Translations under genes and position numbers: made by a program
The notes under the pieces: model-generated
The model's input: only the letters and a program-made list of their open reading frames with translations
The model's database searches: none
Told to the model about the DNA's origin: nothing
NCBI GenBank assembly: GCA_020630525.1
Contig: JAHDBF010000003.1
Span: forward strand, 1 to 57,828
Direction: 5' to 3'
DNA length: 57,828 nucleotides
Origin: Saprospiraceae bacterium
GTDB taxonomy: Bacteria > Bacteroidota > Bacteroidia > Chitinophagales > Saprospiraceae
Part shown: positions 44,616 through 54,000 of the stretch, piece by piece
How the letters are laid out: every line of letters starts with the position of its first letter
How positions within the stretch are numbered: position 1 is the stretch's first letter

Positions 44616-47600
44616 ATGAGCACTCAGGTCTCGAGATTACAGATACGTGAAAATATCACGTTACTACACTGTATTACGGCGCATGCTAAGAATTTGTATA
44701 GTATAGCTTTTAGCTTATTACTAGTATTTAATTTTTATCATGTGGAAGCACAATTAACGTGTCCACCAGAAATTATAGTTAACTATACTGGAGATGCCAC
44801 TAATAGCTGCACCGCATTCGCAACAGTTCTTTTTGACGATTCACAAGTTTTATCAGTTTGCCCTGATGATCCACTTGTAACTAATAATTCCGCATTTGAT
44901 GCTACACCTTTACCTGGTGCAGATATTGATGCCTCAGGCAATTATCCACTTGGATCTACTTTAGTTACTTTCACAAATCAATGTGATGGCATGACTTGCT
45001 CTGTTATGGTGACTGTGGTGGATATGGAAAATCCAGTGTGCATTGCAAAAAATATTAACGTACAATTAGATCAATCAGGTATGGCAACTATTGTACCTGC
45101 TGATGTCGATGACGGCAGCTATGATGAGTGTTCAAAACCAGTGACGATGGAAGTATCACCTGCTGTTTTTGATTGTTCTAACATTGGTCCAAACGTTGTA
45201 ACGCTAATGGTCGAGGATGGAGCTGGTAACATTTCTACTTGTAGCGCAACAGTAAATGTCTCTGATGTTTTCGGTCCATTGTGTAATTTAAATGACATAA
45301 CTGTTCAACTTGATGCTACAGGAAATGCAAGTATTACGTATGCTGATTTAGACGCTGGTGTAATCGACAATTGTGGCATAGCTTCTAATAGCGTAAACCC
45401 AACAACATTCGATTGTTCTAACATAGGTTCTAACCTTGTATCTGTAAATATTATGGATATCAATGGTGTAGTCAGTAACTGTGTTGTTAATGTAACAGTG
45501 CAAGATAACGTTCTCCCAACAATCGCATGTCCAGCACCGATGCTGGTAAGTTGTATGTCTGATATTTCAGATTTATCAACATTCGGTACGGCAGTTGTCG
45601 GTGATAACTGTTCTGCAACAATACAAGAAACAGTGACCAATAATTTGGTAAATGGTTGTGGAACGATAGAAAGAGAATTTATAGCAGTAGATGCAAGTGG
45701 AAACCAAAGTGCACCTTGTGTTCAGACTATAATGGTTTTTACTGATCCACCATTCGCATTAGCTATTCCAACGATTCAAGATATAGCATGTGATGAGGAA
45801 TTACCAGAATTTGATGAGGTAACTTTTGTAGATGACTGCACCCCTAATATGGATGTAAATATCGTTACAGCAATTTCTCCTTATGTAGTAGATGTTTGTA
45901 ATGGTTATCAAATTGAATATACTTGGACAGCAGCTGATGGTTGTGCAGCGAATACTACTATAAGCAGTACTTTCAATGTAATGCCAGATGCAGAAGCACC
46001 TTCAATAGAATGCTTACAAGACATAACATTATATTCAGGATCTAACGACTGTGGAAAACATCATACATATGTACCTCCAGTTGTAGCTAGTGATTGCTCA
46101 ACTTATGTAATAACAAACAATTTAGATGCAAGCAATAATTTTGAATATTTCTTGCCAGTAGGGAGTACTACAATTGTTTGGACTGTTACTGATAACTGCG
46201 GTAATATAGGAACTTGCTCTCAGACAATTACAGTCGAAGATGTTAGTGCTCCGAATTTCTTATGTCCAAACGATATGGTTGTATACGCTGATGATTGTGA
46301 AACTACATTGTTTTGGGATAAACCTATATTGGATAATTGTAATTTCAACGGTTTTGTTGGTGACTTTGCTCCAGCAAACTGGGGCGCACCTGTCCATCAA
46401 GGGACTTCAGGCGCAACAAATGGAGCATTTTCTGCTTTGACCGGAGGAGCAACTTTGACAGCACCTTCAGATGGGACAGCTGGAGTACAAGATTATGTAG
46501 AGGTTTGTATTGTAGCTCCACAATCTGGATTGATTACTTTTGATTGGTCAGCTATAATGACCAATGGGGTAGATACTAATGGTGGCCAATTAACAAATAA
46601 TGAGACTTCATATTTATTAAATGGAGTAGAAACCATGTTGGCGCAAGGTACCACAAATTCTGCTGAAGGCAGTTTATCTTACTTCTCTGTTAACGGTGGT
46701 GATGTCATTTGTCTAAGAGCTTACACTACTAATGATTTATATTATACCTTATTTTCAATAACTAATTTTGAGTACTTTCCAGGTGCAAGCCTTGTACTCA
46801 CTTCTCCAGTAGTTCCAGATTCATTTGAAGGTGCAGGAGATGGAGAATTGGTTGGTCCAGGAACATACACTATTTTATGTGAAGTGTCCGATGGATTTGG
46901 AAATAAAGATTGGTGTACATTTGATATAGTAGTTTTAGATCCAGAGCCAGTAAATATCACATGCTATCAAGATATTACATTAAATATTTTAGACCCTAAT
47001 AGTTGTGATACTACGGCATATTTTCTTCCAGCAACTGTGACAGATAATTGCCCATTAGTAGGTGCACCTATTCAATCAAGTGGCCCAATATCTGATAGTG
47101 CACCTGGTGCTGGAGATGGTACGCCGCTTAGTCCTGGAACTTATGCAGTAGAATATGAATACTTTGATGGAGTTGATAGATACACTTGCTATACAAATAT
47201 CACAGTGACTGCTTACGAAGATATGGCATTGGCTTGCAAAAACATAAACGTATCCTTGGACGAAAATTGTGAAATAGAGATAACACCAGAAATGGTTTTA
47301 GCAGGTGATGAAATTGAGTTAGGATGTTTATTGAATTATGAAATTACAATATCTGATCCACATGGAGAATTACCAACAAATATATTAACCGACAGTTTAC
47401 TGGGTTATGATTTAACGTATATGATATGTGTTGCAGGTGGCGGTAATTGCTGTTGGGGTAATCTAGTATTAGAAGATAAATTTCCACCAAAAATTATCTG
47501 CCCAGATGCACCGATAGTGACTACATGCAATGGATTAGATCTTGTCGAAATTCCAGTAGGTGATGATAATTGTTCATACTCTGAAGTAATTGTTGTTGAC

Positions 47601-50600
47601 GAAGTATTTGATAATTATGAGTGTGATCCTAACTATGTTGGAAGAGTATTCCGTACTTATATAGCTATTGATGGTAACGGTGCGCAAAGTTTACCTTGTA
47701 CTGTAGAGATTTTACTTAGTAGAGTAAGTCTAAATGATATTCATTATCCGCATGACCTTACAAAACCTAATAATAAAGCACTTCATTGTGACGGTTCTGA
47801 TTGGTTGCCAGATGAAAATGGACATCCTGATCCTTGGTATGGACCAGGACTGAATGGTCCAATGTCAGGAAGTGGGTCAGGGGTGCCAACGACAAATGGC
47901 GTACCTATTTATCCAAATGTTCCAGAAATTTATTGTAATTCATACGTTGATTATGAAGACCAAGTATTCCAACATGGATGTGCTACAAAGATTCAGCGTA
48001 CATGGACAATACGTGAATGGCATTGTAGTGGTGAATTTGTAACAAGCGGAGTTCAGTTAATAGAGATTGTTGATCACAAGGGCCCTCAATTAACACCAAT
48101 TGATACTGTGTTTTCAACCACATCATGGAATTGTGTAGGTCAAGTTTATCTTCCTGCAATAGAAGCTACTGATATTTGTGGAGCAGAATTCACCTATCAA
48201 ATAGAATACCCAGATGGAGTGATGGACACAAATGGTGGCTTAGTAGAGATTCCTGTTGGAGAACATGAGGTTAAATATACAGTATATGATGAATGTTATA
48301 ACTCAAGTTACCAATACGTTACTGTAGTGGTAAAAGATCATACTGCTCCAGTTACTGTTTGTGAAATTAATACTGTAGTATCAGTTCCTCATTCTGGAAA
48401 TGTAGAAGTATGGGCGCAAACTTTTGATGATGGTAGTTGGGATGATTGTTATATACATGATTACTTAGTAAGAAGAATGGATACAACTTGTGACGAAGAT
48501 GATTTAGAATTTGACGATTCTGTCTCGTTCTGTTGCGAAGATGTTGGAAAGGAAGTGATGGTTGTTTTAAGAGTAGTAGATGGCGGTGGATATTGGAATG
48601 AATGTATGGTTGTTGTACATGTTCAAGATAAAATATCTCCAGATTTAACTTGTCCAGAAGATGTTACCATATATTGTGATGATTCATATGATTTAGATAA
48701 CGCAAACTTCTTCTTTGGCGAACCAACAATTTCTGACAATTGTTCTACTCCAGATAACATAGAGCAAGTTTTTGAAGATAATATTACGCAGTGTAATACA
48801 GGTACTATTGTACGTACATTCAATATCAGAGATGAACAACAAAATGTTATCTCAACATGTAGTCAGATTATTACAGTATTAGCAAGAGATCCATTTGGTG
48901 GAGATGATATTATTTGGCCAGAAGACTATACAGGAAACGGATGTGGTGCTAATGATCTACAGCCAGAAGACCTACCAGAAGAAAATGCCTTCCCAACATT
49001 TATTGAAGATGAATGCGACCTTGTAGGATTTAATTTTGAAGATGAGATCTTTGAATTTGTTCCTGGCGAAGATGCTTGTATTAAAATACTAAGACATTGG
49101 AGACTTATAGATTGGTGTGAAGTGATAGATACAGAATTTACTACTTATTCTCATACTCAAGTTATCAAAGTACACAATCAATTAGGTCCTGAAATCATGG
49201 GTAATTGTGATACGGTATTTGTCGAATCAAATGATCCCGATTGTTTAGGAGGATTGATCGATATTAATATGAGTGCTAGTGATGATTGTACTAATAACTT
49301 AGAATGGAATTTTGAATTTGATTACTTTAATGATGGAGTTATAGATTCTGTAGGTGTTGGTGCAATAGTGACAGGTAATTATCCAGTAGGGGAACATGAA
49401 ATTCATTGGGAGGTTCTTGACAAATGTGGAAATGTGGATTATTGTTCACAAATCGTAAATATCATAAGCAACAAAGCACCTTCCCCAGTTTGTATAAATG
49501 GACTAAGCGTTGATCTTGTCCCTATGGATTTAGACAGTGATGGAGATATAGATAATGAAATGGCATTATTATGGGCATCAGATTTTGATGCTAGTAGTGC
49601 GCATCCATGCAACAATGATTTTGTATTGAGCTTTTCTCAAGATACAACAGACATCTATCTGGAGTTGGATTGTGATGATATTGGAATAGTGATGGTAGAG
49701 CTATGGGCAACTGATGTTATTACTGGCGCTAATGCATATTGTGGTACCTTCGTAGATGTACAAGACAATAACGGTCTAGATTTCTGTACTGGCGAAAATA
49801 ACAATAGAGCAAATGTATCTGGTACTATTACTACAGAGTCTGGAGAAGCTATTAGCAATGTAACTTTAGAATTAATTGGTGCTGGTATTAATCCATTAAT
49901 TACAGGCAACGGAGGATTGTATGCGTTCCCTGATATGCCACTTGGAGGTTCTTATGCATTAAATCCTTCAAAAAATGATGATTACTTAAATGGAATTAGT
50001 ACCCTTGATTTAGTAATGATCCAAAGACATATTCTTGGTAGTGCTGAATTAGACAGTCCTTATAAAATGATCGCTGCGGATATAAATAAAAACGCTGAAA
50101 TTTCAGCAATAGATTTAATCCATTTAAGAAAATTAATCTTAGGCGTTTACAACGAGTTTCCAGATAACGATAGTTGGAGGTTTATTTCATCTGATTATGA
50201 ATTTATTGATGATGCTAATCCATTGTTAGATGTATTGCCAGAAGATTATAATATATCAAGTTTAGATTCTGATATGTTGGTAGACTTTATTGGAATAAAA
50301 GTAGGTGATGTAAATAATTCTATAGATCTAGGAATTAATAATTCTAATACATCTGCGAGAAATGCAAGAATGGAATTTACATACGAAATAATAGCCGACG
50401 CCGGTAAATCAGTAATTCCAGTCTATGCAACCAATGGTGGTGAATTTTCTGGATTGCAAATGAGCCTAAATACTATGCTTGGAACATCTAAGTTTAGAGG
50501 AGTAAAATCAGGTCAGTTAATTGTAAAGTTTGAAGATTACCACATTACAAATACTGGACAATTAAATATCAGTATTGCATTGCCAAAGGATAAAACCTTA

Positions 50601-51005
50601 AATGCTACTGACCCGATATTCTATATCGAAGCAACAGAAGAAGTACAAGGTATATTGTTAAACGAAGGAGCGCAAACTTCCCCAGAAGCATATACTAGCA
50701 ATTACGAAACGATAGATGTTAGTCTAAGTTCTTTAGATAGTCCTGAAGTTTTGATTGGAGCATTAAAGCCCAATCCATGGTCTGCTAATATGAAATTAGA
50801 TATTGAACTTGGAGAGGCACAAATGGTTGATGTTACTATTTATGACTTAACAGGTAAAGTAAGATATACTAAAAATGAAAGTATGTCGAAAGGAACGAAT
50901 ACACTTAATTTTAGCCATGATGATGTAGATGGATATGGAACATTTATCTTGAAATTATCAGGTAAAAATTGGAGTAAGGCACTTAGAATGATTCACTTAA
51001 GGTAA
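44616..51005 (+). CDS. Giant secreted cysteine-rich HYR-like repeat protein D (2129 aa), T9SS cargo
   Basis: - Hydrophobic N-terminal signal (LYSIAFSLLLVFNFYHVEAQ).
- About 870 aa of HYR-like modules homologous to the 40.3-42.0 kb part of gene C.
- Then the A/B/C-type core from CKNINVSLDENCEIEITPEMV (about 47228).
- C-terminal cassette and CTD. Confidence 0.9.
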   Translation: MSTQVSRLQIRENITLLHCITAHAKNLYSIAFSLLLVFNFYHVEAQLTCPPEIIVNYTGDATNSCTAFATVLFDDSQVLSVCPDDPLVTNNSAFDATPLPGADIDASGNYPLGSTLVTFTNQCDGMTCSVMVTVVDMENPVCIAKNINVQLDQSGMATIVPADVDDGSYDECSKPVTMEVSPAVFDCSNIGPNVVTLMVEDGAGNISTCSATVNVSDVFGPLCNLNDITVQLDATGNASITYADLDAGVIDNCGIASNSVNPTTFDCSNIGSNLVSVNIMDINGVVSNCVVNVTVQDNVLPTIACPAPMLVSCMSDISDLSTFGTAVVGDNCSATIQETVTNNLVNGCGTIEREFIAVDASGNQSAPCVQTIMVFTDPPFALAIPTIQDIACDEELPEFDEVTFVDDCTPNMDVNIVTAISPYVVDVCNGYQIEYTWTAADGCAANTTISSTFNVMPDAEAPSIECLQDITLYSGSNDCGKHHTYVPPVVASDCSTYVITNNLDASNNFEYFLPVGSTTIVWTVTDNCGNIGTCSQTITVEDVSAPNFLCPNDMVVYADDCETTLFWDKPILDNCNFNGFVGDFAPANWGAPVHQGTSGATNGAFSALTGGATLTAPSDGTAGVQDYVEVCIVAPQSGLITFDWSAIMTNGVDTNGGQLTNNETSYLLNGVETMLAQGTTNSAEGSLSYFSVNGGDVICLRAYTTNDLYYTLFSITNFEYFPGASLVLTSPVVPDSFEGAGDGELVGPGTYTILCEVSDGFGNKDWCTFDIVVLDPEPVNITCYQDITLNILDPNSCDTTAYFLPATVTDNCPLVGAPIQSSGPISDSAPGAGDGTPLSPGTYAVEYEYFDGVDRYTCYTNITVTAYEDMALACKNINVSLDENCEIEITPEMVLAGDEIELGCLLNYEITISDPHGELPTNILTDSLLGYDLTYMICVAGGGNCCWGNLVLEDKFPPKIICPDAPIVTTCNGLDLVEIPVGDDNCSYSEVIVVDEVFDNYECDPNYVGRVFRTYIAIDGNGAQSLPCTVEILLSRVSLNDIHYPHDLTKPNNKALHCDGSDWLPDENGHPDPWYGPGLNGPMSGSGSGVPTTNGVPIYPNVPEIYCNSYVDYEDQVFQHGCATKIQRTWTIREWHCSGEFVTSGVQLIEIVDHKGPQLTPIDTVFSTTSWNCVGQVYLPAIEATDICGAEFTYQIEYPDGVMDTNGGLVEIPVGEHEVKYTVYDECYNSSYQYVTVVVKDHTAPVTVCEINTVVSVPHSGNVEVWAQTFDDGSWDDCYIHDYLVRRMDTTCDEDDLEFDDSVSFCCEDVGKEVMVVLRVVDGGGYWNECMVVVHVQDKISPDLTCPEDVTIYCDDSYDLDNANFFFGEPTISDNCSTPDNIEQVFEDNITQCNTGTIVRTFNIRDEQQNVISTCSQIITVLARDPFGGDDIIWPEDYTGNGCGANDLQPEDLPEENAFPTFIEDECDLVGFNFEDEIFEFVPGEDACIKILRHWRLIDWCEVIDTEFTTYSHTQVIKVHNQLGPEIMGNCDTVFVESNDPDCLGGLIDINMSASDDCTNNLEWNFEFDYFNDGVIDSVGVGAIVTGNYPVGEHEIHWEVLDKCGNVDYCSQIVNIISNKAPSPVCINGLSVDLVPMDLDSDGDIDNEMALLWASDFDASSAHPCNNDFVLSFSQDTTDIYLELDCDDIGIVMVELWATDVITGANAYCGTFVDVQDNNGLDFCTGENNNRANVSGTITTESGEAISNVTLELIGAGINPLITGNGGLYAFPDMPLGGSYALNPSKNDDYLNGISTLDLVMIQRHILGSAELDSPYKMIAADINKNAEISAIDLIHLRKLILGVYNEFPDNDSWRFISSDYEFIDDANPLLDVLPEDYNISSLDSDMLVDFIGIKVGDVNNSIDLGINNSNTSARNARMEFTYEIIADAGKSVIPVYATNGGEFSGLQMSLNTMLGTSKFRGVKSGQLIVKFEDYHITNTGQLNISIALPKDKTLNATDPIFYIEATEEVQGILLNEGAQTSPEAYTSNYETIDVSLSSLDSPEVLIGALKPNPWSANMKLDIELGEAQMVDVTIYDLTGKVRYTKNESMSKGTNTLNFSHDDVDGYGTFILKLSGKNWSKALRMIHLR
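46350..46785 (+). other. Cys-poor ~145-aa insert of unknown fold nested inside an HYR-like module of protein D
   Basis: The module opens CPNDMVVYADDCETTLFWDKPILDNC and closes GPGTYTILCEVSDGFGNKDWCTFDIVVLD. Between them lies FVGDFAPANWGAP...ITFDWSAIMTNG...LSYFSVNGGDVICLRAY...FSITNFEYF. The next module (CYQDITLN...) has no such insert. Confidence 0.5.
49815..51002 (+). other. C-terminal cassette of protein D (CarboxypepD_reg-like, dockerin-like, cohesin-like, T9SS CTD)
   Basis: - CarboxypepD_reg-like: VSGTITTESGEAISNVTLEL...GGLYAF.
- Dockerin-like, 49977-50184: DDYLNGISTLDLVMIQRHILG...AADINKNAEISAIDLIHLRKLILGV...DSWRF.
- Cohesin-like: FSGLQMSLNTMLG...PIFYIEAT.
- CTD from 50763: LKPNPWSANMKLDI..VTIYDLTGKV..GTFILKL. 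Confidence 0.6.
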
Positions 51006-51067
51006 TCATTTATACAGCTTACGTTCTTTATAAATACGGAGATTGGTTTATTAACAAATACTTGAGT

Positions 51068-54000
51068 ATGCACATGAAAGTTAAATTTTTTGTCAGCTTA
51101 TTCCTTTCAATAAGTAGCGCTTTCATGTGCTGCGCTCAAGGAACTACCCAGTTCTGCGCACACACTAAAACACTCAATTATTGCGACCAATCTAATACAG
51201 CACAAATACAATTAAATCCATCAGGAGGTACTGGTGTTTACGATTATCAATGGTCTCATAATAGTGGATTACAGTCTAATATTGCAAATGACTTAATAGA
51301 TGATCTTTACAGTATTACGGTTACAGATACTGAAGGATCGTTTGCTGTTTGTTTAATAGATATTTCAAGTCCATCCTCAATTGATATTATTGATTTGGAT
51401 TATGAAAATCCAAGTTGCGGAGAGAAAAATGGAAGTATTCATATCATTGTAGAAAACCCATCTGCCGATAATATGTTCAGTATTGATGGAGGTATAAGTT
51501 TTCACACGTCAAGCAGTTTTTTAGAATTACAAGTAGGTACTTATGATATAGTGGTTAGAGATATTAATGACTGTATAGATACTACACAAATTATTCTACT
51601 GCAAGAAAATCCTTTCACAGCAATTGCTAACAATATTGATTGTGCAGATGATCAAGTTACAATTGATCTGGAATTGAATCCTTCAAATGATTCTTATTCA
51701 TACAATTGGGAAGGTCCTAATGGATTTGTTTCCTCATCGCAAGATATTGTCAATGGTCCTTTAGGAATCTATGTGGTTACAATTACCAATAGCGAATCTT
51801 GTGAAGTAATAACAGGATTTGTCAAAGAGGATTGTTGCAATTCTTCTCAGTTCTGTAATGCAGAAATTAATAACAATAACTGTATTCAAGATCATAATGG
51901 AAGTATAAGGGTAACACCAATAGGAGGAGTCGGACCATACATTTTTTCTTGGTCTCATGATAATAGCTTAAATAGTTCGGCAGTCTCTGGTTTAAAAAAT
52001 GGAACATATACAGTTACCGTTACAGATGCTGTGCAGTGTAGAGCTATTTGTACATATGTAATTCAAGATATTGATGTAACAGAAGTTGTTTCAATCCAGA
52101 ATACCTTGACTGATTGTGAACAGTCTTTATATGATGTTATAATTAATGCCTCAAATTCAAACAACAATTGTAAATTAGAATTTAGTATTGATCAAGGAAA
52201 TAGTTATCAAACGATAAATACATTTAATGATGTTGTGCCTGGTAAATATCAAGTTTTTATTAGAGATTGTCACGGATGTATAATTCAAGAAGATGTCGAA
52301 ATTGATCATATTCCTGTCGAGTTTAATTTTGGAACTTCATGCAATAGTGATGGGTCCATAAATATTGATTTAGAACCAGAAGGATTGCCGCCATTTTCTA
52401 TTCAGTGGTTTGGTCCAAACGGATTCAATTCTGATGATGAAGACATCGTAAATGCGTCCCCTGGAACTTATACAGTAAATATAATCGATGCTAATAATTG
52501 CACTAACTTTACTTCTGTAACGCGCAGACCGTGTTGCGAGGTAGATTTATTTTGTGAGGCAAATCTGATTGGTCCAATATGTGATGAAGATAATAGTGGA
52601 ATAATTTCTGTATCTCCTTCTGGTGGTGAAACTCCATATAATTATTTCTGGGCGCATGATAATACGTTAAATTCTGCAGTAGCAACAAATTTATTATCAG
52701 GATCATATACGCTTACCGTTGTAGATGCAAATGGATGCCAGTCTTTATGTGACTTTGAGCTAGAATCAGAGAAAGATATTTGTTGCGAACTTTCAGTGGT
52801 TTGTCCATCGAGCATAGGACCATTCGCTTCAATAGAAGAAGTGCCGATTATTCCTGCTGAATTTCTAGATGATTTGCCTGAGTTAAACGGTATTACTGAT
52901 TGGGCAATATTTGAATCCTTGGACGGAAGTATAAGTATAGATTTCCCACCTTGTGGTGATGTAGTCATTTCTGCTTTTGAAAATGTTTCTGGCAATGGCT
53001 GTTTAGATAATCCATATGTTATAAAAAGAACTTTTGCCATAGCAGATGAAGAAACAGAAACATTTTGCTCACAAAATATTACCGTAGATCCAATTGATTG
53101 CGATGCAGTCGGCTCTATCGGTGATTTTGTATGGCACGATTTAAATGGTAATGGTATTCAAGAGATTAATGAAGAAGGCATTCAAAACATTGCGGTTAAT
53201 TTATATACCGAAAATGGATTTTTAATCCAATCGACATTTACGAATTCATCAGGAAATTATCTTTTTGAAAATATTTCTATAGGAAATTATTATTTAGTTT
53301 TTGTCATTCCAGAATCATATGAATCCACCTTGCCGAATGCATTAAATCCAGATTTAAATAGTGATGTAGATGATACTTTTGGTGACGGTTCTACAAGGTT
53401 ACTTGAAGTTGTAGGTACTGATAGAATTGATATTGACTTAGGGTTATATATGTGCATACCTGTAGGTGATAGAATCTGGTTTGATATTAATGGAAATAAT
53501 CAATATGATGATTCCGAGAACGGAATAAATGGCATTTCAATTGATATTTTTAAGCAAAACCAAAGTGGCACTTTTGATTTTTACGAATCGTTAACTTCTG
53601 GGATTAATACATCAGGTAGTGCTTCGCCTTCTGATGATGGTTATTTCAAAGCATGTGTTTCACCTGGAACTTACTACTTGCAATTTGATATGCCTCCTTT
53701 TGGATTGGTTTCTGCTATTCCAAATATCGGAAGCGAAGAAACGGACAGTGACGTTACAGATATAAATGGCCCTCAAACAACACACAGTTTTACTGTAATG
53801 TCAGGAGAGGAAAAATGTGATATTGGTGCAGGATATTATGCTATGGCATCATTGGGAGATTTAGTTTGGATTGATACCAATGGGAATGGCATGCAAGATA
53901 TTGGTGAGGAAGGATTAGATGGGGTAACTGTTTGTCTGATAGACGGATACACCGATCAAGTGATAGCTACTCAAGTAACAGCCAACGGCGGGCAGTATTT

